Translations under genes and position numbers: made by a program | Shown here: positions 45,249 to 57,900 of the stretch, one piece after another | Numbering within the stretch: position 1 is the first letter of the stretch | How the letters are laid out: every line of letters begins with the position of its first letter | Source: an uncultured Bacteroidales bacterium | GTDB taxonomy: Bacteria; Bacteroidota; Bacteroidia; Bacteroidales; VadinHA17 | DNA length: 58,134 nt | Reading direction: 5' to 3' | NCBI GenBank assembly: GCA_937871625.1 | Contig: CALMRD010000276.1 | Location: 1 to 58,134 of the forward strand | The notes under the pieces: generated by a model | Told to the model about the DNA's origin: nothing | The model's database searches: none | Seen by the model: only the letters and a program-made list of their open reading frames with translations

Positions 45249-46835
45249 ATGACTAATATCAAACCTTCAGAGGTATCACAGATCCTGAGGCAGCAGCTTG
45301 AAGGAGTAAAGACGGCCATTGATATTGAGGAAGTAGGGACCGTACTGCAGGTCGGCGACGGCATTGCGCGCATATACGGTCTGAGGAATGTCGGTTCCAA
45401 TGAGCTCATCGAGTTCGTGGAGTCCGGCATCAAGGGCATTGTCCTCAACCTCGAGGAAGACAACGTCGGTGCCGTGATCCTGGGAGCCTCCGAGAAGATA
45501 AAGGAGGGCGACATTGCACGCCGCACGGGAAGGATATCATCGATAATGGTGGGTGAGGGACTTCTTGGCAGGGTTATCACCACCACCGGTGCTCCCATTG
45601 ACGGCAGGGGCCCTGTCACCGGAGAGCTTTTCGAGATGCCTTTCGAGAGGAAGGCTCCGGGTGTCATCTTCAGGCAGCCGGTGAAGCAGCCGGTACAGAC
45701 AGGACTCAAGGCCATTGATGCCATGGTACCCATCGGCAGGGGACAGCGTGAGCTTATCATCGGCGACCGCCAGACCGGTAAGACAGCCATTGCCATTGAC
45801 ACTATCATCAACCAGAAGGGCGAATATGAGAAGGGGAAACCTGTCTATTGCATCTATGTTGCTGTAGGTCAGAAGGGATCGACGGTGGCCAACATAGCAT
45901 CCACGCTTGAGAGTTACGGTGCCATGGACTACACGGTCATTGTCTGTGCCACCGCTGCCGACTCCGCCGCCGCACAGTTCTATGCACCCTTTGCCGGCGC
46001 CGCCATCGGCGAGTTCTTTCGGGATACCGGCCGCGATGCCCTGATCATCTATGACGACCTCTCGAAACAGGCAGTCTCATACCGTGAGGTATCACTCCTT
46101 CTCCGTCGTCCGCCCGGCCGCGAAGCCTATCCGGGCGATGTCTTCTATCTCCACTCGAGGCTGCTGGAGCGTGCTGCCAAGATCATCGAATCAGACGAGG
46201 TGGCACAGCGCATGAATGACGTCCCCGATTCCATCAAACATATGATAAGGGGCGGAGGGTCGCTTACAGCACTGCCCATCATCGAGACACAGGCAGGAGA
46301 CGTGTCGGCATATATTCCCACAAACGTGATCTCCATTACTGACGGACAGATTTTTCTTGAGACCAGCCTCTTCAACGCCGGTATAAGGCCTGCCATCAAC
46401 GTGGGTATCTCCGTCTCCAGGGTAGGGGGTAATGCCCAGATAAAATCGATGAAGAAGATCGCAGGTACACTGAAGGTCGACCAGGCACAGTACCGTGAGC
46501 TGGAGGCTTTTTCCAAGTTCGGTTCAGACCTGGATCCCGCCACCCTGGCAGTACTTAACAAGGGGGCAAAGAACGTCGAGATACTGAAGCAGAACCAGTT
46601 CTCACCAATGAAGGTTGAGGAGCAGGTAGCCATCATCTATTGCGGCACAAAGGGACTGCTTAAAGATATTCCGGTGCACAAGGTTAAGCTCTTCGAAAAC
46701 GATTTTCTGGCCTTCATGCGCGATCATCACGGCGATGTGCTTGAGACCATCGCCAAAGGCGTCATCAATGATGAGGTTACACGAGTGATTGAAAAAGCCG
46801 CGGCGGATGTCGCCCAGCGATACTCGCAGCGTTAA
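45249..46835 (+). CDS. atpA: F0F1 ATP synthase subunit alpha
   Basis: 528 aa. Walker A GDRQTGKT, collinear with AtpA. Confidence 0.97.
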   Translation: MTNIKPSEVSQILRQQLEGVKTAIDIEEVGTVLQVGDGIARIYGLRNVGSNELIEFVESGIKGIVLNLEEDNVGAVILGASEKIKEGDIARRTGRISSIMVGEGLLGRVITTTGAPIDGRGPVTGELFEMPFERKAPGVIFRQPVKQPVQTGLKAIDAMVPIGRGQRELIIGDRQTGKTAIAIDTIINQKGEYEKGKPVYCIYVAVGQKGSTVANIASTLESYGAMDYTVIVCATAADSAAAQFYAPFAGAAIGEFFRDTGRDALIIYDDLSKQAVSYREVSLLLRRPPGREAYPGDVFYLHSRLLERAAKIIESDEVAQRMNDVPDSIKHMIRGGGSLTALPIIETQAGDVSAYIPTNVISITDGQIFLETSLFNAGIRPAINVGISVSRVGGNAQIKSMKKIAGTLKVDQAQYRELEAFSKFGSDLDPATLAVLNKGAKNVEILKQNQFSPMKVEEQVAIIYCGTKGLLKDIPVHKVKLFENDFLAFMRDHHGDVLETIAKGVINDEVTRVIEKAAADVAQRYSQR

Positions 46836-46855
46836 AACCATACGGCAGAACAAAA

Positions 46856-47743
46856 ATGGCTAACCTCAAGGCAATAAGGGTCAGACTGAGCTCGGTAAAA
46901 TCAACGCGCCAGATCACTTCAGCTATGAAGATGGTTGCGGCGGCCAAGCTGCGCAAGTCACAGGATGCAATCGTGCAGCTGAGACCCTTCGCTGCCAAGC
47001 TTGACGAGATACTGACAGGACTGAACAGTGCCCTGCGCGATGCCGAGACGGAAAACATCTACGCCGCCAGGAAGCAAACCTCCGGTAAGGTGCTGATAGT
47101 GGTGGTTACCTCCAACAAGGGACTCTGCGGCGCCTTCAATGCCAACGTTGTGAGGGAGGCAAGGCGACTCATGGCTGAGAAATACCCTGAACAGGTCAGG
47201 AGGGGAGACCTCTCATTCATCACTGTGGGCAAAAAGGGGAATGACCTTCTCAAAAGGATGAAGTGCAACATTCTTGAAGAACACAGCGAGCTGTGGTCAG
47301 CCCTGACCTTCGAGAAGAGCGCCCTGCTTGCTGACAGGCTTATCGGTCTCTATCTGTCGAAGGAGTATGATACCGTTGAGATAGTCTATAACCAGTTCAA
47401 GAATGCGGCAGTGCAGAGGCTCACCACCGAACAGTACCTTCCCGTCACCGTTGCCGAAGAGGGAACGGTTGATGCCGTAGTAACCGACTATATCTACGAG
47501 CCAGACCAGGTAAGCATCGTAGGAGAGCTTATACCCAAGAGTCTGCGGATACAGTTATACAAGGCACTGCTCGACTCGTTCGCTGCAGAGCACGGTGCAC
47601 GCATGACCGCCATGCACCAGGCCACAGACAACGCCACGGAGCTTATCAGGGAACTCACGCTGCAATATAACAAGGCACGCCAGGCCTCCATCACAAACCA
47701 GCTGCTTGAGGTGGTCAGCGGGGCGGAAGCACTTAACGGATAA
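46856..47743 (+). CDS. atpG: F0F1 ATP synthase subunit gamma
   Basis: 295 aa. Begins MANLKAIRVRLSSVKSTRQITSAMKMVAAAKLRK and has the C-terminal ITNQLLEVVSGAEAL. Confidence 0.95.
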   Translation: MANLKAIRVRLSSVKSTRQITSAMKMVAAAKLRKSQDAIVQLRPFAAKLDEILTGLNSALRDAETENIYAARKQTSGKVLIVVVTSNKGLCGAFNANVVREARRLMAEKYPEQVRRGDLSFITVGKKGNDLLKRMKCNILEEHSELWSALTFEKSALLADRLIGLYLSKEYDTVEIVYNQFKNAAVQRLTTEQYLPVTVAEEGTVDAVVTDYIYEPDQVSIVGELIPKSLRIQLYKALLDSFAAEHGARMTAMHQATDNATELIRELTLQYNKARQASITNQLLEVVSGAEALNG

Positions 47744-47754
47744 GGGAGAGAGAT

Positions 47755-48729
47755 ATGTTCACGGGAGAATACCTGAGAGAACTGACAGACAAGGCCATCA
47801 CCGGCCTGGGGGCTTCATCCGAAGCTGACAGGCTCTTCGTGCCGGTGCGGTATATACTCTCCATTGGCGGTAAGAGACTCAGGCCGGTGATGTGTCTCAT
47901 GGCATGCAACCTTTTCCGTGACAAGATTGATGACGCCGTGATGCCGGCAGCTGGTTTGGAGGTGTTCCATAACTTCACCCTGGTCCATGATGACATCATG
48001 GACAGGGCTGATATCCGGAGAGGCTCCCCCACCGTTCATACAAAATGGGGTTCTGACCAGGCAATACTCTCCGGTGACGTGATGGCCTTCCTGGCCACCG
48101 AGTGTATAGGGCATGCACCGGATAAGGTGCTGCCGAAGGCACTGAAGCTATTTAACCGTACTGCCATTGAGGTGTGCGTCGGACAGCAACTCGATATGGA
48201 TTACGAGAAGAAGGGTGTCGTCACTACCGGTGAGTACCTCCGTATGATAGAACTCAAGACGGCAGTGCTGGTGGCAGCTTCGCTCAGGATGGGTGCCATT
48301 ATCGGTGAGGCTTCCGAAAAAGACCAGGATCTTCTCTATGAGTTCGGACGGTCACTGGGAATGGCATTCCAGATACAGGATGACGTTCTCGATACCTACG
48401 GCGATACAAAGAAATTCGGCAAGAAGACCGGCAATGACATCGTCACAAACAAAAAGACTTACCTGCTGGTGCGGGCACTTGAGACGGCTGGAGGAGAGAA
48501 GCTGCGCCAGCTCAGGAAGCTGATCGAAACCACCGATGGCAACGCTGAAGAGAAGATCACAACCGTAAGGAGTATCTTCGATGAGCTGGAGATAAGGCTG
48601 GAGGCAGAGAACCTGGCCTATGACTATTTCAACAGGGCCTTTCGGGCACTGGACCAGGTGTCTGTAAATGATGAGCGCAAGAATGAGCTTAAACAGCTGG
48701 CGGTGAACCTCATCGGAAGGGTCAAGTGA
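47755..48729 (+). CDS. polyprenyl diphosphate synthase family protein (GGPP/FPP synthase-like)
   Basis: 324 aa. First Asp-rich motif LVHDDIMD and second FQIQDDVLD. Confidence 0.9.
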   Translation: MFTGEYLRELTDKAITGLGASSEADRLFVPVRYILSIGGKRLRPVMCLMACNLFRDKIDDAVMPAAGLEVFHNFTLVHDDIMDRADIRRGSPTVHTKWGSDQAILSGDVMAFLATECIGHAPDKVLPKALKLFNRTAIEVCVGQQLDMDYEKKGVVTTGEYLRMIELKTAVLVAASLRMGAIIGEASEKDQDLLYEFGRSLGMAFQIQDDVLDTYGDTKKFGKKTGNDIVTNKKTYLLVRALETAGGEKLRQLRKLIETTDGNAEEKITTVRSIFDELEIRLEAENLAYDYFNRAFRALDQVSVNDERKNELKQLAVNLIGRVK

Positions 48730-48789
48730 GAGTGTGCCGTGAAGGCGGCGAATAAATTAGGAATAGAGTAAAGTAGAATATATTTTTAA

Positions 48790-50310
<1,521 letters not shown>

Positions 50311-50325
50311 CAAACTTACAGGGAA

Positions 50326-50577
50326 GTGAAGATCGAAATCATAACACCCGACAGCAATGTATGGTCAGGAGAGATCCGGTCAGTAACTGTACCCGGACGG
50401 AAGGGATCTTTCCAGGTACTGAAAGACCATGCACCCATCATCTCTACTCTTGACGCCGGCACTGTGACTGTGGCCGACGAACAGGGGAGCGTGCAGCACT
50501 TTGAGATCACCGGCGGCCTCATTGAGGTGAAGAGGAACAGGATCATCCTCCTCGCCGACGGTGTCAGGCAAAGCTGA
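50326..50577 (+). CDS. atpC: F0F1 ATP synthase subunit epsilon (short form, beta-sandwich domain only)
   Basis: 83 aa with a GTG start. Reads EIITPDSNVWSGEIRSVTVPGRKGSFQVLKDHAPIIS. The C-terminal helical hairpin is not encoded. Confidence 0.85.
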   Translation: MKIEIITPDSNVWSGEIRSVTVPGRKGSFQVLKDHAPIISTLDAGTVTVADEQGSVQHFEITGGLIEVKRNRIILLADGVRQS

Positions 50578-50582
50578 GACTG

Positions 50583-52025
50583 ATGGACAGTGATGAGTTT
50601 CGCCGGTACGGCCATCAGATTGTTGAATGGATAGCCCGTTACTACGAGACGGTAGAACAGTATCCCGTTAAGTCAGGACTCAAGCCCGGTGCCGTCAAAG
50701 CCTCCCTGCCTGAGATACCTCCCACCGGAAGTGAATCGTTTGACCTCTTCCTGAAGGATTTTGATGATATAATCATGCCGGGCATAACGCACTGGCAGAG
50801 TCCCAATTTCTTTGCCTATTTCCCCGCAAACAGCAGCCCACCATCCGTGCTGGCAGAGATGCTCACCGCCGCCCTTGGTGCACAGTGTATGATATGGGAG
50901 ACCTCCCCGGCAGCTGCGGAGCTGGAGGAGAGGATGATGGAGTGGCTTCGCCTGATGACGGGGCTGCCTGAACAGTTTGAGGGAGTGATACACGACAGTG
51001 CCTCATCGGCCACGCTGGCAGCACTGATAACGGCACGCGAACGGGTGACGGGCTACAGTTCAAATCGTGAGGGGATGCCAACAGCGGGTCGATTGCGTGT
51101 TTATGCCTCGACACAGGCACACTCGTCAGTGGAGAAGGGAGCCGGAGTGGCTGGCTTCGGACGTGAAAATCTTGTGAGGATACCCGTCAGGAGAGACTAC
51201 TCCATGGACCCCGATGCACTCAGGGATGCGATAGACATGGATATCAGGGAGGGACACGTACCATGCTGTGTTGTGGCAGCCATGGGAACGACAGGCTCCA
51301 CGGCCATCGATCCGCTGCGTGCCGTGGGCCAGATATGCCGTGAGAAGAGCATCTGGCTTCACGTTGACGCTGCCCTGGGAGGCACCGCCCTGCTGCTGCC
51401 GGAGATGAGATGGATGGCTGACGGCATGGAGTATGCCGACTCCTTCGTCTTCAACCCGCACAAATGGATGTTCACCAACTTCGACTGCTCGGCATACTTT
51501 GTCCGCGATGCCGCGGCACTGATACGCACCTTCGAGATATTGCCGGAGTACCTTAAGACACGGACACGTGGAGCGGTGAACGACTACCGCGACTGGGGAA
51601 TACCGCTGGGAAGACGTTTCAGGGCTCTGAAGCTGTGGGCCGTTATACGAACATACGGGGTAGAGAAAATGCAGTCGATGATCCGTGAGCACATCCGCCT
51701 GGCGAATATGCTCGCCGGACTCATGGAGGCAGAAGAGAATTTCAGGATCATGGCACCGGTACCGCTCAATACTGTCTGTTTCAGGTATGAACCTTCCGGT
51801 GTGGACCCGGAGATGGCCGACAGGCTCAATGAGAAGCTCAATCATGCACTGAATGACAGCGGAAGGATATACCTCACCCATACTACCCTTGACGGAAGAT
51901 ACGTGCTTCGCATGGTGACAGCCCAGACTTTCGTGACGGAGAAGCATGTGACAGAGGCCTGGGAGCTGATAAAGGAGATGGCCTCAGCGCTCTCTGCCCA
52001 GGACGGTGCCGTAGATATTCACTGA
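50583..52025 (+). CDS. group II pyridoxal-phosphate-dependent decarboxylase (aromatic-L-amino-acid decarboxylase-like)
   Basis: 480 aa. PLP-lysine block FVFNPHKWMFTNFDCS and the N-terminal HWQSPNFFAYFPAN typical of the DDC/TyrDC family. Substrate cannot be determined from the sequence. Confidence 0.85.
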   Translation: MDSDEFRRYGHQIVEWIARYYETVEQYPVKSGLKPGAVKASLPEIPPTGSESFDLFLKDFDDIIMPGITHWQSPNFFAYFPANSSPPSVLAEMLTAALGAQCMIWETSPAAAELEERMMEWLRLMTGLPEQFEGVIHDSASSATLAALITARERVTGYSSNREGMPTAGRLRVYASTQAHSSVEKGAGVAGFGRENLVRIPVRRDYSMDPDALRDAIDMDIREGHVPCCVVAAMGTTGSTAIDPLRAVGQICREKSIWLHVDAALGGTALLLPEMRWMADGMEYADSFVFNPHKWMFTNFDCSAYFVRDAAALIRTFEILPEYLKTRTRGAVNDYRDWGIPLGRRFRALKLWAVIRTYGVEKMQSMIREHIRLANMLAGLMEAEENFRIMAPVPLNTVCFRYEPSGVDPEMADRLNEKLNHALNDSGRIYLTHTTLDGRYVLRMVTAQTFVTEKHVTEAWELIKEMASALSAQDGAVDIH

Positions 52026-54854
52026 GACAGTACCGTTGATGAAAAACCGCTCCTGGGCGGGGATATAACCGGCAGTAGCACCTGCGCTGATCTCGAATGG
52101 AAACCTCAGAACGTAAAAGTCGGCAAGAAGCTCCGCCCCGAAAGAGCCAAAATCGGCTGAACCTTCATTAAGCCTCCTCGTATTGTAATTATAAATATTC
52201 CAGCCGGTGGAGCCGTCAAAAAAAGCTGATCCCCTGATCCTCTTGAGGTACAACAGGCTGCCGGCAGCAAGGTCAGGGTAGAAGAGAGGCATGGTATAGT
52301 CTGCTGAGAGGGAGAACAGCTTCTCGGAGACAATCGTCTCATTATATCCCCTCGGATATGAAAGGGCGTTATTGTAGAGCATCATGCCGAAAGGCGACTG
52401 GTCCTCATACCCTGCCCTGAGCACCAGGCTGTGGTTCCTGAAAAGGCCAGGGAGATAGAGTGTTCCCCTGGCATATTTCCTGCTGCCATAGAGATCCCTG
52501 TCCCACGGTGCCGCCGTCAGCCTGATATCAGCCACCTGCCCCCACCTGGGGTTGATGTCGCGGTATGCCACGCGGAAGGTGTTTGAAAAGTAAAGCCTGC
52601 CGGTGACGAAGACAAACCCCCTGTCATAACCCTGCTCTTCACCGATGTAGGTATAGGCGTTGCGATAACTGACATAAAGTGCCGGCATCAGAAGCTGTCT
52701 GAACTTACCGTAGGCAAACCAGAGCTGGTCATAGATGCTGGCATTGACGATCAGGTCGCCCCGGATGGCAGAGGGATCAGGACGGGAGGCAGTGTCCTTT
52801 CTTATTATCCTGTCACCCCCGTAGGCTATGTCAGCCTCCATCACGGGGTGCCACCCGCTCCATTTGATGCCTGTATGAAGACGGTGGGTCTCGTCGCTGT
52901 ATTCATACCCCACCGTGGTTATCAGGGTGCTAAGATGGTTCTGTGACATCAGTGTAACACCAGGCCTGATGGTTGTCGGGTCTGTCCTGATAAGGTCAAT
53001 GTCTCCGTAAAAGGGAAACCAGCTGTGGAAGTTAAAGAGATGGGCAAGCTTGCTGTAAGGCTCTGAATCCGGTATTGAAAGCTCAGACCTCTCCGGCTGC
53101 TCACCGGATGCAGCAGGGACAGGCGCCGGATCAGGGAGTACACTGTACATGCTGCCTGACGGCTCTCCTGCTTCGGCAGAGCTCTTTTCCGAGGCAATCA
53201 CAAAGCCGTCCGCAGTGTAATCCGAGAAGAGAATCTCACCGCCGGATATTGAAAAGCCGGATATTCCGTAGCGCGACCGTGTGACACGGGTAACAACGGT
53301 GTCGTCGGTGATGCGGTATATATTGTCAGAGCCGTCACCCTGTGCCAGGAAATAGAGGGTGTCATTACAGATCTCAGCCTGGATGATATCAGTGTTACCC
53401 TCTTCCATGTTCACCTTCCATCGCTTGCCTGTTGGCCGGTATGTACGGATCCCTTCTCCCCTGTCACTGAGCGTCACCACCGTCACAGCACTGCCGTCGG
53501 AAGACCATGCAGGTCTCTGCAGGAAGAGGTCTTCAGGGGGTACCAGGTCCATCAGCACCTCGCCCGTGAGAGCATCGAGAAAGACCAGGGAGCATCGCAG
53601 CTCAGGAGTTGTTGAGACCGCCACGATGGTTCTGCCGTCGGGCGAGAGATCGGGCGCAGTGTAACGGGAGCGCCGGGTGAGCTGCTCTACCCCGCCGCCA
53701 CCAAGACTCATCTTCTTGATGACTGAATAGTCGCGGTTGTCCCACCGTATATCACGGTGCAGTTCTGACCATACTATAGTACTGTCAGAATATGAGAAGA
53801 TATAGGGATATATGTAACCGGTGGTGGTCAGGACATGTTCTCTCCCACCACTTTTATCAGTGATCACAAACTGAGAAGGAGCGGACATGGAGCTCTTGAG
53901 TGAGATGATAGTGGCGTTACCGGTACGGTGGGGGGTATAGTGGTTCACATGATCTCTCCTGGCGGCCGCGTTCAGTGCAGGGTAGTCGGTGTAGCCGTGG
54001 CTCTCTGCCTCCAGCCACCGTTTCTCCAGGGCCGCGAAAGCGGTATCGTACAGTCTCTTCTTGGTCAGTCCCGTCTCCTGCCTGAGGCTCCTGTTGACGG
54101 GATTGAAGGGATAGCCTGACGACACCTTCCTGACGGCGCTGATCCATGCGCTGCTGTCGGTGTTGCGGAGGTGATTCATCATGAGATAGCCGAATACATA
54201 ATGGTCGGGGGTGAAGTGCCTGTAAGATCCTGCCAGCATCTTGTCATACCCGTAAATGCCTCCGGGGCGTGTTGCCAGGGCCCGGGCCTCCTGTATGAAG
54301 GCGTTGCTGCGCCCCCTGCCTGACGCTCCTGTGACTGTCTCGGCATAAACGGCGTCACCCTCAAAGGCCCACATGGGTATCTCCACGGCACTCAGACCCA
54401 CAGCCTGTTCTCCCAGCAGGTACCATACGGCCCTCCCCAGCCCTCTCCTGTTGAGCGAAGCCAGCTGAAGAACGTGGGCAGTCTCATGTACAGCCAGCTG
54501 CCGGGCAGGAGACATCGGCAGGTTATCCTGACCCGGAAGAGGATAGAGCTCCATCCTGCGGGGAGCCCAACTCACATAGCCGTTGGAGAGCATGGAGTGG
54601 CTGTGTATGATGACCGGAACAGAGACGTTGACATCAGGGTAAAGATTGGAGAGCCTGCTGTAGGAATCCTCCAGCAGCCGTGAATATTCAGCGGCGCCGG
54701 CGGCGAAATCCTCCGGAAAGATGACTCGGAAATGAGGCGTGCGTATCTGACGCCATCGCAGCGAGGCCGGATCCTGCCCGGTATCATAATACTGCGCTAT
54801 CGCAACCGTGACACTCATGGTGCTGACTAAGAGCAGTATAATGAATTTTCTCAT
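51984..54854 (-). CDS. large secreted protein: HExxH N-domain, TolB-like beta-propeller repeats, C-terminal beta-barrel-like region
   Basis: 956 aa from ATG 54854 (MRKFIILLLVSTMSVTVAIAQ signal peptide). HETAH motif at LAVHETAHVLQ, PD40-like repeats (DLSPDGRTIVAVS, WSSDGSAVTVV), and a C-terminal ~350 aa with an amphipathic strand pattern. Function unknown. Confidence 0.6.
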   Translation of the reverse strand: MRKFIILLLVSTMSVTVAIAQYYDTGQDPASLRWRQIRTPHFRVIFPEDFAAGAAEYSRLLEDSYSRLSNLYPDVNVSVPVIIHSHSMLSNGYVSWAPRRMELYPLPGQDNLPMSPARQLAVHETAHVLQLASLNRRGLGRAVWYLLGEQAVGLSAVEIPMWAFEGDAVYAETVTGASGRGRSNAFIQEARALATRPGGIYGYDKMLAGSYRHFTPDHYVFGYLMMNHLRNTDSSAWISAVRKVSSGYPFNPVNRSLRQETGLTKKRLYDTAFAALEKRWLEAESHGYTDYPALNAAARRDHVNHYTPHRTGNATIISLKSSMSAPSQFVITDKSGGREHVLTTTGYIYPYIFSYSDSTIVWSELHRDIRWDNRDYSVIKKMSLGGGGVEQLTRRSRYTAPDLSPDGRTIVAVSTTPELRCSLVFLDALTGEVLMDLVPPEDLFLQRPAWSSDGSAVTVVTLSDRGEGIRTYRPTGKRWKVNMEEGNTDIIQAEICNDTLYFLAQGDGSDNIYRITDDTVVTRVTRSRYGISGFSISGGEILFSDYTADGFVIASEKSSAEAGEPSGSMYSVLPDPAPVPAASGEQPERSELSIPDSEPYSKLAHLFNFHSWFPFYGDIDLIRTDPTTIRPGVTLMSQNHLSTLITTVGYEYSDETHRLHTGIKWSGWHPVMEADIAYGGDRIIRKDTASRPDPSAIRGDLIVNASIYDQLWFAYGKFRQLLMPALYVSYRNAYTYIGEEQGYDRGFVFVTGRLYFSNTFRVAYRDINPRWGQVADIRLTAAPWDRDLYGSRKYARGTLYLPGLFRNHSLVLRAGYEDQSPFGMMLYNNALSYPRGYNETIVSEKLFSLSADYTMPLFYPDLAAGSLLYLKRIRGSAFFDGSTGWNIYNYNTRRLNEGSADFGSFGAELLADFYVLRFPFEISAGATAGYIPAQERFFINGTVSVNIYGTVLGRER

Positions 54855-54869
54855 GCAGGGCGGTTTCTT

Positions 54870-54877
54870 CAAAAATA
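54870..54877 (-). promoter_or_regulatory. candidate -7 promoter box (TATTTTTG on minus strand) for the 956-aa protein gene
   Basis: The reverse complement of CAAAAATA matches TAnnTTTG, 16 nt upstream of ATG 54854. This supports the shorter start over 54944. Confidence 0.35.
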
Positions 54878-54961
54878 CCAAAAATGGCTGATATCCACCG
54901 CGACACTCCAAAATCTTATTATTTTCGTGCGGTATTATCAGCAAATGGAAAAGAGAGCGTT

Positions 54962-57900
54962 ATGATAAAAAAATTCAGGCTTTGGGATAATATACTCGGC
55001 TGGACAGTTTTTGCCCTTGCAGCGGTCACATACCTGATGACACTGGAGCCGACAACCAGTCTGTGGGACTGCGGAGAGTTCATCGCTTCTGCCTTTAAGC
55101 TTGAGGTCGGACACCCGCCCGGAGCTCCCTTCTTCATGATCCTCGGACGGTTCTTTGCCAGCTTCGCCGGCGGTGATGTCTCAAAGGTGGCGATGATGAT
55201 CAATGCAATGTCAGGACTGGCCAGTGCACTGACAATACTGTTTCTCTTCTGGACTGTCACCCATCTTGCACGCAGGATCTTTCTGAAGCAGGAGGCCGAT
55301 TATACACCCGGTAAAATCATTGCTGTCCTGGGCGCCGGGCTGACAGGTGCCTTGGCGTATGCCTTCTCTGATACTTTCTGGTTCTCGGCCGTTGAGGGAG
55401 AGGTCTATGCAACCTCCTCGCTCTTTACAGCACTGGTATTCTGGGCCATACTCAAATGGGAGGATGCAGCCGACGAACCACACGCCGACAGGTGGATTAT
55501 CCTCATTGCATTTATGATGGGGCTCTCGATAGGGGTTCACCTGCTCAACCTGCTTGCAATACCTGCGATAGTGTTCGTATGGTATTTCCGCAAGTATCAA
55601 TTCTCCTGGAAGGGACTGGCAGCATCTGCCGGCGTATCTGTGCTGCTGCTGGTACTGATAATGTACGGCATAATACCGGGTATATTCAGGGTTACCTCAC
55701 AGTTTGAACTCTTCTTTGTCAACAGCCTGGGCATGCCCTTCAACAGCGGCATGGTCATTCACCTGCTACTCTTTATCACTGCACTGCTTCTCTCGGTATG
55801 GTATTCATTTACCCACAGTGACGGCAGAAGGGGGTTCCTGCTGGCATCGGCGACGCTTCTTCTGTCGGGCATGTGGCTGCTGACAGACTCACTTGCGGCC
55901 AACCTCCTCTTCCTCGTTCTCCTGGTATACGGCGCGTGGTACCTCTCAACGCGTCAGAGGGTGGCGCTGAACACCATACTGACGGCAATGACCGTGATCG
56001 TGATAGGGTATTCGTCGTTTGCCACCATCGTCATCAGGTCTACAGCCAATACCCCTATGAATGAGAACAATCCGTCCAACCCGTTCGCACTTCTCTATTA
56101 CCTCAACCGGGAGCAGTACGGCCAGAGACCTCTGTTCACCGGCCCCTATTACAATGCTCCTGTAACCGATTATTCAAAGGGGAAGCCTACCTACAATCCC
56201 GTTGACGGCAAATATGTGATCACCAACCGTGCCACCGAGCGTGAGTATGATGAGAGGTTCGTGACCTTTCTGCCCAGGATGTGGAGCGACTCCCCTGATC
56301 ACAGAAGGATTTACGAGGAGTACTCAGGCACCAGGGGCAAGGCGGTAAGTGTCACCGACCCGCAGACGGGAGAGCCGACCACCCTGCGGGTGCCCACCTT
56401 CGGACAGAACCTGAAATTCATGTTCCGGTACCAGTTCGGGGTTATGTACTTCAGGTACTTCATGTGGAACTTCAGCGGCCGTCAGAATGACATTCAGCAT
56501 TTCGGCGGGCCGGTGAACGGCAACTGGATCACCGGAATAAACTTTATTGATGCCCCCAGGACCGGTTCCCTGAAGGATATGCCAGATGACATGAAGAACC
56601 ATCCCTCCAGAAACACATATTTCCTGCTGCCGCTGCTGCTGGGCCTGGCCGGGTTTCTGTGGCACTTCAACCGTGATGTGCGTAACTGGTGGATAGTGCT
56701 GTTGCTCTTCGTCATGACCGGAATAGCCATTGTGGTATACCTCAACCAGTATCCCAACCAGCCACGCGAACGTGATTATGCCTACGCCGCCTCGTTCTAT
56801 GCCTTCACCATCTGGATAGGCATGGGCGTGCTGGCACTCTATGAGCTGATGCGAAAGGCGGTGGCAGAGAGGCCCGCAGCTATCGCCGCCACGGTGATTG
56901 CCTTTGCCGCTGTCCCGGCACTGATGGCCGCGGAGAACTGGGATGACCATGACAGGTCGGGGAGATATCTTGCCCGTGATGTGGCCTTTAATTACCTGAA
57001 TTCATGCGCTCCGCAGGCAGTGATATTCACCGGCGGCGATAATGACACCTTTCCGCTGTGGTATGCCCAGGAGGTGGAGGGCGTGCGTACCGACGTGCGG
57101 GTATGTAACCTGATGCTGCTGAATACCGACTGGTATATAGACCAGATGAAGATGAAGGCATACAGCTCCGAACCTCTGCCCATCAGCCTGCCTAAAAAAC
57201 TGTACTATGACGGTGTGAATAACCAGGTGGCGGTGTTTGAACGCGTAAGGGAGCCGGCCACGGCAAAGGAGGTGTTGAAGTTCATAAACAGCGGCAGCGA
57301 AGTATCAAAGCTCACCATGTACGGAGAGGAGATATATTATATCCCGACCCGTACCATACGCATCCCGGTTGATTCTGCCAAAGTGGTGGCCAATGGCACC
57401 GTCAGGCCCGAGGATGCAGACAGAATAGTGCCCTATATAGATATCAACCTCAAGGGCCAGTGGCTGCTGAAGAGCCAGCTGATTGTTCTTGACATCCTTG
57501 CCCATAACGATTGGGACAGACCGATATATTTTGTGGCCGGACATCATGACGATGCCATGGGACTGGAGGAGTATTTCCAGCTGGAAGGGATTGCCTACAG
57601 GCTGGTACCCGTTAAGGGAGTCAACAGGGGATGGCTCGATTATGGCCGCATAAACACTGATATCCTGTACGATAACATGATGAACAAGTTTGCCTGGGGC
57701 GGTACTGCAGACCCGGATGTCAACATAGATTTCTATCACTCGCGCACTCTTACGGTGGTAAGAGCGCGGCTCAACCATGCCAGGCTGGCCAGGGCCCTGG
57801 TCGAGGAGGGTGACACTGCCAGGGCTACGGCTGTCATTGAGAGATGCCTTGAGCTCTTCCCGACGGAGAAGCTGGGATATGATTTCTATTTCCCTGAGAT

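Noticed and set aside
44645-45811. 388-aa minus-strand ORF
   Set aside because: It is antisense to atpH and atpA, with Ser/Pro/Met-rich low-complexity translation. It is a shadow ORF.
51126-51947. 273-aa minus-strand ORF. The minus-strand ORFs at 56324-56950 and 57305-57778 are similar.
   Set aside because: They are antisense to the PLP decarboxylase and to the DUF2723 gene respectively, and have no motifs.
54855-54944. 30-codon N-terminal extension of the 956-aa protein ORF
   Set aside because: A signal peptide starts at the internal ATG 54854, and a TATTTTTG box lies inside the extension.
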